DNA of 57,910 bases, filler included, from Sphacelaria rigidula (Eukaryota): assembly GCA_964200075.2 (NCBI GenBank). It is 6 parts of 6 records of this genome, joined end to end, with 100 filler letters (N's around TTAATTAATTAA, not from the genome) between each part and the next. Parts side by side here need not be neighbours in the genome. Positions count along the whole stretch, not along the records: positions 48,344 to 57,910 come from CAXNAA020008194.1; 5 more parts are not named here. One strand, 5' to 3'. The notes beneath the pieces are model-generated. The model made no database searches. It saw only the letters and a list, made by a program, of their open reading frames with translations, and was not told where the DNA came from. Both the position numbers and the translations under genes were made by a program. Positions 48,746-57,910 of the stretch are shown in pieces (position 1 is the stretch's first letter; each line of letters opens with the position of its first letter).

Positions 48746-51699
48746 GCGGCGGCTTCAGCTATACCTCATCATCCTCAAGCTCAACTTCGCCTGCTCAAGA
48801 ACTATTTCTTCTTGTGCTCATTTGTAACGCACACAAATTGGCTCGCTCTCTAGCACACAGTAGAACACAACGCAAGTACGGGTCATACGCGCGCGCGTGC
48901 AGTGTTCGTACCTCAGGCGCCGGCTGCAGCGGAGAGGCAACGGTTGTGACGGTATTTCGAATCATGTTGCCCACCACGCCCTCGCCCGAGAACAAGTTCA
49001 CAGCTGCTGCCATCTGCAGGCACAAACGTGACGACAGTAAATCTTTGTGAAGGACGGAAGAAGCATCCTGACACCGCGGACGAACGCGGTACGAGGGGGG
49101 TGAGGTTGCTTCAGGCTTTGAACCTCCGCCCTGCATGTCGGGGTTAGGGTAAAGACTGGACGAGCAAACGGGGCGAGGCAAGGAGCCCGGTATGAACGAC
49201 GACCGAACTGACCACTTCGTGTCAAGCGGACTGACACCGATATATCAGTGACACATCATACGTAGCCTGACAAATGTCATGCGGGGCACCGGATGTACAT
49301 GGGGGTACCTGCGGGTATGGGGGGTACCCGCGGTGAAACGTGGGGGTACCTGGCAACACAGGGGGTAAGTACGGTATTGACTTGCTCGACTATGGACACG
49401 ATTTTCATGCAGACATGCTGCAAGTACAGCAGTAGCCTGAGCATGAAACATTCAACAAGTTTTGATTAGCAATTGCGGTGTGCTCAAGATATCATACTCA
49501 AACCTGAGCTCTCGATAACGACGACTAAGACGAGGTGACTTGAAAAGGAGGGGAGGCCGGTATGTTCATGTGTGTGCACTTCAAATGGTTTTACTGATGG
49601 ATGGAAGGTAAAGGGATTTGAGAAGCAGGATTTTGGCATCAGCCTTGAACAAACCAAACCACACTATCACGGCGGATCGGGGGACACAGGCAGCATGAGA
49701 AACCAGGGGGTGCTCCTTATTTGAAGCATTTGAACGTTTGTTGAAGCATTTGCAGTGTCAGAGGGGAGAGGAGACCACCTCATTATTTCAACACTTGGCG
49801 ACACCAAATCGAATATTCTCTCTTTTCCCAGAAACTGCTCTCTCACAATAAGCATGTACTTCCTCACTACGCTCTGAGAGCATTGGCCGGCGGAACAGCC
49901 AGGGTTGTGAACGACTGAAAGTGTGTGATTGCATAAAACACGCGGATGATGGTCCTCGGTGGTGTAACGCACGTGGATGCACGAACTCGCCGAAATTCTC
50001 CAAGCCCCACCAGATAGGGTTTTGAAGGCGTGAGCTCGACCGGCTTCGACTTCGTCTTCGTTGCCATTTTTTCACATCACTCTCAGCAGGGGTTCCATTT
50101 GACTACTTTCGTAGGATCGAATATGAAAAAGTACGAAAAAGCAGTGGCGACTCACCAAGTAGCAACCCAAGGTGAACGAGAAAATACTATATTGTGAACA
50201 CGCTGATAAGAAAACACAGACACCGCCTGAGGAGGGGGGGGAGAAAAAACACCTGGGGATAGCACGTTCAGCGCAGCGGCTCACACCTTCACTATTTGCT
50301 CCTCCGGCGTGCCTGCTTCGCGCTGTAACTGTGCCATTCTGGGGAGCCGCTTGGAAGGCTCTGCCGGTTCATAGCACAAACGAGGAAAAAAACACAGAGA
50401 CATCAGCCGCATCTCATGACAAAATGAAGGATAGCAAGAAATTACCTGATGCAGGGCTCGTCAACCTCTAAGAAAAGAGGACATTACCAAGGGGCTTCAG
50501 GGTAGGTCACCTCACGAGCCATAGCTCGAAGAGCTCCTGACCGGTAAAATCCGCCGGGGGAGGGTAGGTGAAAGGAGGTTGCTACGGATGATACTGTGAT
50601 TTTTCCGCCACATCGCAGGTGTACCAAGTCATCGTTTATCAAAACCGACGCCTGGCCTGTGATGCATCTGCATTTACGCTGAGGACAACTGATAAAAATG
50701 CGTATTTGGCTTGGAAACAACTGCGAAAAATCTTTAGTTTGGCCCGAACCATCGGTTCGGGAAGGACGGGGGGAGGTGGAGTACTCATTTGCTGCTTGCC
50801 TTACTTATTTGGCCATTGACCACGCATCCCTTTCGAGAGCACCGTTCCTACTCGTAATAGAGACACCTCCATTATTTGGGATCTCATTACGTTTTCCCAT
50901 ATTCACTACACAAGAAACTTGTACGAATATTCTCACCTTCCTGTTTCGTCGTCTGTGATCACCATCAAAATTTCTAATACGGTGATCACTTCCTCGTTAC
51001 TACCCAATGTACCAAAATATTTCATGTCACAGTTGTTCCCTCGTATCATCCCCTAACACGTCCCGTTCCTCCTTGCATAGGTCATATCATCTCACCCTCA
51101 TGAGTTCTACTCTCTGCCTATCCTATAGGGGAAGGGGGGGGGCGTACTCATTTGTTGCTTGCCTTAGTCGTTTGACCATTGGGGGGGGGTATGTTTTATG
51201 GGAGAAAATATGCAGCGTCCCTTGACGTAACCCCTGATGCTTCGAGTGGGAGGCCGCCCATCGGATCAATTTCACCGACTGACATGCAATGCAGTCAACC
51301 CCGATGCTGAAGCTCAGCAGCCCCTCGTTGTGAGCACGTTGGAAGTCTAGACTGCAAGGGATCGAGGCTCTTTCTATATTGTCGACGGCAGACACACTCG
51401 CTCGTCAGCGCGTTTGGGGGGGGGGCTATGAGTACTGGAGAGCGTTGTTTCGAGCCATCAGCCGCCGCTCGCAGTCGCCCTTTTCGGTGTGTGGTGCACC
51501 ATGTCGCGGAAAACTCACTCCGCATCCTTGTTCATCCCCGATCCACAGGTGGGGGATGCTTCCATTTGCCATGCTCTCCGGACGCACCGGTACACAGCCC
51601 TTCTAGGATGAAGTGCCAAGACGACTCTTTATAGCGATACAACGCTCGATCTTTACACAGATAGGGGAAGCTCAGATTCGTGATGGGCCTTTAATGGAC

Positions 51700-52470
51700 T
51701 CCAGTATAGCCCAGACAGGGAACTCAGATCGGTATTTTTCGATTTTCGCTCGAATTTTTCCAATCTGCGCTACATATCGGAGGAATGTTTAGGTTTCCCC
51801 AATCTGTACGAGGGTGATGTAAGTGCAATGATTTACACTGATACACTGATAGGGCAAGATGCGTTTGATGTTTTTGAAACCCGTAGCAGCCGACAGTCTC
51901 GTGACAGCACAAGCCTTCCCTGTCCGCGCCAGCTGCTGGAGCAGCCTCGTCGCGCAGATAGCGCGCACGGGGTTTGACCAGCGGATAAGGAGTGTTGACG
52001 CTGTACCCTGTGGCGATGGTAATTTACTGCACTGCATTGCAGTATGAAGCACGGTGACGAACGGTGCTGTACTATTCTACTCTCTGCTGTCGTTGTACTT
52101 GCAGGGTGATGTACGGCACTGAACTCGTACCGTACTCCTTTTGCACACTGTTCTTGGAATGCTGACTGTGTCATATATTACCACACAGCCTTATCGTGTG
52201 CTGTGACGATGGAGTGTACTGCACTGTACTTTCCTAGCGTACTACGGCATAACACTGTGCTTGAAGAATGATTTACTGCCTGCGTGTTCTTTGGCTTCAC
52301 TAGGAAGCGATACCACAACCCTGCAGGAGATTACTCTCTATGCGAAGAACAATTTCAACAAATCTGTGAAACCATGATGGGTCTCCTGCAAATCTGACTT
52401 TCGCAAATCTGAGCCCCCCCGATTTTGCACAGCGTGGGGGCTCTGCAGATTCGGAATTCGTCCCCACAAA
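51700..52470 (+). mobile_element. Diverged R1 copy, ends eroded
   Basis: 51810-52430 aligns with the R1 body (cagtctcgtgacagc, gtacttgcagggtgatgtacggcact). Confidence 0.7.
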
Positions 52471-52825
52471 AAATTATCCAACCAAGCGTACCAAAAATCA
52501 GGTGAAGTTTGAGTCTATATCGAGACGTTTTATTCATACTGGACTGTTGCATCTTCAAAACTTGCCAACTCTGGTGTCGCGTTCATGAAGGGATTCACGG
52601 TATAGATTTTTCGACACATTACCCACCCAAATCTGCACAAAAGACGGCCGTCACCGGTGCCGCCAGTATCTTGGCCACATTTCCTCCGAGCATTGTCGCG
52701 CTCAAGCTTTCCCTGGTGGGCTTATCTCGCACGAGCACCACGCTCCAGGGCTGCGCGTTGAACGCAGACGGGGCGCTGTTTGTTTCGCGCGAAACGACAG
52801 GAGGGGCCGAAAATTTTGGACTTAT

Positions 52826-53649
52826 CCCTTAGACAGCGATCCCCCCTCCCCCCGCAGGTGGACTGAATTGGACTATGCCACATTGAGGGTTCAGAACAGC
52901 TCTTTTCTCGCTACACAAAAACCCGTTTCCTATAATCATGTGGATGCTGGGCATCTACCTAGAAAATAATTCCGGAGAACTGTTTTTGGCCGTGTAGTCA
53001 ACAGCGCACAGAGTTAGGATGTGTACGGTATGTCTCCGCTGGATACAACGCCAAGAAACGGTCAGCGTGCTATCGCTCTCCACCGAACACGACTTTCTGC
53101 ATGCTGCTTATGCCTCTGCTTATTGTTCAACAACACTACAGAAAGTGTGAAGCCATGCTGGCAACACACGGGGCGCCAGGCAGGCGGCACGGACCTCGAG
53201 GAGAGAACAAAACGAGTTATTTGTACCCCTGTAATGAACCTATGGTTGAATTGCCACGAGAAAAATGAGAGATGCAAGTAGACAGCGAAGTGGTCCACCT
53301 CTCGTCCACACCTGTAGGGGAAATACGTGCTCATTTTAACGGCCGTGATTGGTCAGAATGGTCATTCCGCGCCTCTCGGGCCTCGTTCCTGGCTTCGAAT
53401 CTTTTGCGGGAAACTTACCAACATATGTAATTTAATCGGTGAGCTCTTTGGCTGCTCTGTGGACACCCTCCCCCCTCAAACCCTCTGCTCCGTCTCGAAA
53501 GGGATGCGTGGTCAATGGTCAAACGACTAAGGCAAGCAACAAATGAGTACGCTCTCAACCTCCCCCCCCCCCGGCCACTGCAGACCCCTGAATGTCTCAA
53601 GACTGTCAGCCTGTGAGACTGTTCCGACGCGACGCTCGTTCTTTAAAGG
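52826..53649. mobile_element. piggyBac-like family P copy
   Basis: TTAT|cccttagacagcga ... ctttaaagg|TTAA. Colinear with 17406-18866. Confidence 0.78.
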
Positions 53650-55948
53650 TTAAAGCAAGAATGCAGTGGCCACGAAAAAGTATAGATCCATGATTGGCGG
53701 CTACTTCAGAGTACGGCGATGGGCGAGTTTTTAACACGTGCAAACGAAGAAAAACATGGCAGTACAATGTTTTGCCCGCAAAAAGGTAAACGAGTGGCGA
53801 AAACAAGGTAAAAGAGTTATCGGAATCGGCAGGTCGTCTGAATAGTACGGTACAGCCCGACGGAAGTAGAGACCGATAAGAAACCCTTGCAATTTTGGGC
53901 CAGCTTTGATGGATTACCCGCAACTCTGCAGCTATGCTAAGTACTACCCCGCTTGCTGCCTTCCGTTTCTCTAGTCGTTGATGAGTAAAATAGCAAGGGA
54001 GCGGACTTTCCTGGCAACAATGCTCAAAATCAGGGCAAGCTCACGTCATTTTTGCGCCGCCAAAATAACTCGCTGACCCCTTAACCCTCGAGTGGCCAAT
54101 GACGACAACAGTATATCCTTTCCCGGCCACTGCCCACAATGAAGACATGATGCATAATCCGGCGGCACACGCGACTTAACACCAAGACTGTTGAAAACGC
54201 ACGACAAGACGGAACAGCAAGGCTGTACAGGCAGACACGAAAAGCCCAGCTACGAGCGTGTGACGTGCCGCTCAGGGAACAAGCGGGTGGGCTCGGTCTC
54301 TACCCGCAAGACTCGACACGGCACTTGCAATTTCAGCCTCATTTGCTGTTCTCTGAGGGGTCTCATCCGACCAAACCCATTCCGCTCCCCGCTGATGAGA
54401 TGAAGTCTTGTATCTACGAGTATGGTATCTCGATTGTCTCGAACATAGTCTTCATTTTTTAAAGGCATTTCAGGTTCAGCCGCAACTGCCTACGATTGCC
54501 GCAGTGCAGCGCTGGACAGACAGCAGATGTAGTGTGTGTTGCCCCACCGCACGTGAAACGGTTTGGGTTGGAATCGGCTAATGTTGATCGACGAGCATCC
54601 GGCGGCAGCTGGTGCTTCGGCTCCAAGGTCTTGAGGGGCGGTACAGAACTGCGCCTACCTTGGCAGTACTTTCTGCACAACATACAAACGTTAGTATGGC
54701 CATAATCGATGTGAGGATATGTATCATAACTTACTCAACCAGAGTAATGCCCTTGCTAACAGTCTGATGTAGACGTGAAGCATAGGAACATGTGTCCAGT
54801 ACACAGTCAGGACGTGCAAAACTGATAGTCCACAAAAGCCTACCCGCGGTCTTTCAAATCACAAGTCACCTTTGTGTCAGAGCCATTATGTCCTGCAGTG
54901 CTTCCTTCTCGACCTCTCGATCGCTGAAGCCATGTCCAGCTGTGCGCGATATCACGATTCTCCGGAACGCGTCCAATGCCCCACTACTTACGCGCAGCAC
55001 GGGTGCGACGCCTTTCTTAGTTGGCGCAGACATCGTAGTGATGGATGCAAGTGAGCTGCCGTAAGAGCAATGGATCGCGATGATGAATCATTGATCAAGG
55101 GGGGTGTTATAATCCGTCACCTCATGGATGAAGAAAAAGGTATACCTTCTGGTTTCGGTCCACTGGGTACTCGTAGGTGCTGTTTCTCATTTGAGCACAA
55201 GAGAGGATATGATAATGTGGGTTCGCCTCGATTTCCATTCTTTTTGTCGAAGACACGCACTATTCATTTCTTTCTCCATATGCATTGCAAGAATTTGGGA
55301 GGAAATAGGCGAGAAGATACTTTGGCATCGCAGCTACAACGTATCGGGTGATACAGCTCGCTGACCGCTATACCCTGAGGTGGCTAAAAGCTTACTCATA
55401 TCTTTTCCCGACCAAGGCCGACCACAGTCGCACTATACAGGAACAGTTGCGTTAATTGAAAAGACGAAGGACGCTTTGACAAAAAAATAACAACAGTGAT
55501 TGAGCCCAAGAGGTGAAAGCAGCCTCCCCTATACCCCAAAGTCGTTTTCTAGCATTGTCGGGGGCGTGCTATCGCCAAGCTCTGCGTTTTGGTGGAGGCG
55601 TGCGGGAGTCCCTTCAAGTTTGCACAGTCCCGTGGGACAGTCCCGTGTGACAGCCCCTTCACTCTGGTTTATCTCATGTCTTGCAGACAGCTACCCCAGA
55701 GCACTGCGGTACAGGACAAGAGACGCGATCTATCCCACGGGAATAGTGAACAAGTGAGTACTAATTAAGGTTTCTCAGCACTGCACGGTTTATGATACCG
55801 TATCCATTCATGCACAGTTGATGAAAGTCAGTACAAAACTCATGTGTCAGCTGGTGTAACGGAAAACCGGGTTGAACAGGAGGTGTCAGCGCGTCTGCTT
55901 GTCTCTTTTGCGGATGATATACTGTAGTCACATACGAACTCTCGCTAC

Positions 55949-56173
55949 CTGTGCGAAATATCGTCGATTTTCGTTGCGCAAACTGGACATCGCTTGGTCG
56001 TTGTCGCCCCGCATGGTGCGCATTTCGCGGCTGAGCTCCTCTATCTGTTGCCTGGCGACTGTATCCACAGCCGGTGCAACTTCCTCTTGTTCTCGTTCGT
56101 ACTCTTCTTGATCCGCGATGTCATCAAGGTCACCGGCGCCGCCGGTGCTCAGAGCGTCAGTCTGTTCTGCCAT
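55949..56173 (-). CDS. Candidate first exon of an unknown acidic/coiled-coil protein
   Basis: MAEQTDALSTGGAGDLDDIADQEEYEREQEE...RQQIEELSREMRTMR...RRYFAQ has a protein-like composition and a cag|gtagcg donor. No family recognised. Confidence 0.4.
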
Positions 56174-56847
56174 AGTATGCAGACTGCTCCCGGTACGAAG
56201 TACAGTATAATCGTGGACAAACGATGCCTGCTCACGGTCACGTCCCAGTATAAAGTACAGTATAAACTTAGACAAATGATGCGACCTCTCTCCGACTGCT
56301 CACAACGCAAAGTATGTGTTCCAGGTGTACCACCTTCGACACTCGTACTGCCTGCAATCGAACAGTAAGATGGCTGGATGCTCAGGCCGCCGTTCTGCAC
56401 GCCTGCTACTATGTCTGCCTACCACTCTCTCAGCGTGTTAAATGACAATCGCTTCGATGTTCGGTATCAGCTATACAGACGTCTCGAGCCCCGATCCATT
56501 CTGTTTCTGTTCGGTACTCGTCATTACACATGTAACATGATTAATGTGTGATTCAATTTAATTCAATGATGCGATTGGAAATGCTTTCGCTCCCACAAAG
56601 CACATATTCCCTTGATTGGGAATATTTCGCTTTGCGGATGATATACTGTAGGCACATACGAACTCTCGCTCTTGTTTTTGTTTGCTATCGTTTCTTGTAA
56701 GCGCGGTGCTGAGTCTCAGTGCCTCACTGGTACGCTGCTGCAGAGCCGTGTACCCCCGAAGTCGTGCACCTTCGAACCAACCGTGTTGTCCTGTACCATA
56801 TCATACTCTGTCGTGCAATACTGTAGTTTCTAAGGGTAGTTCGGTAC

Positions 56848-57830
56848 CAAGTTCATACGTGCGGGTCGCTGATAATTAAACTCAAAGAAGCTATTTTTTG
56901 TTGTTTTCCATTATCATGATTGAATCTAACTCGGGTTTCTTGTGTTGGTTGACACACGTGCGCTACTCGAGCCCCATGGACCACAGAGAGATCAGCAAGA
57001 TTGAATTGTTTATTTTCTTGTCCAGGCCCGATCTGGGTATCATCTCCCTCCGCCTGCTGGCTAAAGCCCAGAACAGTACGGTATATTGATGATATTTTCA
57101 CAAGCACCACCATGTCATCATGAAGCGGTATACGGTACCTTCGCAAAGGGTGCTGTGCTCTAGTACACGGGGTCGCACACGCAAGAGATATGACACATGT
57201 TCACGGTATAATAGTTGTCCGATGTCCGGTGTGTAGAGTGCTTGGTCGTCTTCGCCATTGCACCTCTGAACAATATGCCTGTCGCGGTACCGACTGTGTC
57301 TTTACGGCAAGATGCGTCAACCCTGGCCAGGTGGTGGGCATCGCGTGAGTACTGGCTGTACGGCACCGATCAACACGAGCCATCCCGAACAAAGCACGCC
57401 GGCCAACAATAGAGAGCTAGCAGCATTAATGCCAACATACTCCTTTTCTGGGTTTATGCCACGCCGGAGCATGAAACAACGCACAACGACAACGATAGCA
57501 TTGTCTTATCTCATGCTCCGTATCCAAAGCCGTGCAGGATACAGGAGGCGCAAGCTAAGCGCAAATGGAGACTGCAACGCCAACCCCCGCCACCGCAACC
57601 ATACCGTAGGCACGACGACGCTCATAGCGAACGTTGGATACACCAACCCGTATACAGAGAGAGAAGGCACTCCTTGTGGGCCCGTTGTTGTTCTGGATAC
57701 CATCTCTCCGCAGCACGGTCCTGTACTGTGGCTGCGGTGTTTGCGGGGACCAGAAGGCCAGTGAACACGAGTGTGATAGAGCCCACCACTATAATCAAGT
57801 TTGCGCAAGGGGCCTTACAGATTGGAAAAC
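56848..57830. mobile_element. Second R2 copy (reverse orientation to 32326-33331)
   Basis: About 900 bp of reverse-complement similarity. TIR-like gttcatacgtgcgggtcg at about 56851; the other end is lost at a C-run. Confidence 0.75.
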
Positions 57831-57910
57831 GGTTTATACCCCCCCCCACCCCCCCCCACCCCCCCCTCCCCCTCCCCCCGAGGTATGCACCCATGAGGCA
57901 GTGTAAAAGC

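Noticed and set aside
50765-53572. Inverted copies of the C-run motif as TIRs of a 2.8-kb element
   Set aside because: A third copy lies between them, and the right copy is an insertion inside a separate piggyBac-like MITE. They are independent insertions.
29008-57910. Remaining FtsZ exons (NNMI, NTDAQ, GGGTG motifs) downstream
   Set aside because: Not found, and the downstream contigs are unrelated.
1-57910. CRISPR array, rRNA, viral or prokaryotic operon-like system
   Set aside because: No repeat-spacer array, rRNA signature or dense intronless gene cluster was seen. Most listed ORFs are chance frames within repeats.

Overview
Repeat-dense eukaryotic DNA, most likely a brown alga or related stramenopile. 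This is inferred from short exons with kb-scale introns, a mitochondrial-type FtsZ and the transposon families present. The window is not one locus: it is six unplaced contigs of 9569, 9569, 9569, 9568, 9568 and 9567 bp, sorted by size and joined by 100-nt N/TTAATTAATTAA/N spacers, so adjacency across spacers means nothing. Recognisable host genes occur only on contig 3 (19339-28907). There, the first three coding exons of FACT subunit SPT16 (minus strand) lie head-to-head, with ATGs about 670 bp apart, with the first exons of a probable mitochondrial FtsZ (plus strand). The rest is decayed or non-autonomous transposons: a Ty1/copia with a deleted RT core and mismatched LTRs, Ty3/gypsy remnants, DD39D-type mariner and hAT remnants, TTAA (piggyBac-like) MITEs, PIF/Harbinger-like MITEs including a multiply nested chain, Tc1-like MITEs (one with an internal palindrome whose arms co-vary) and a tRNA-derived SINE. 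The most unusual signal is a pair of dispersed sequence ends that consistently abut C/G homopolymer runs and terminate half of the contigs, suggesting an uncharacterised high-copy element that targets or carries poly-C/G tracts.
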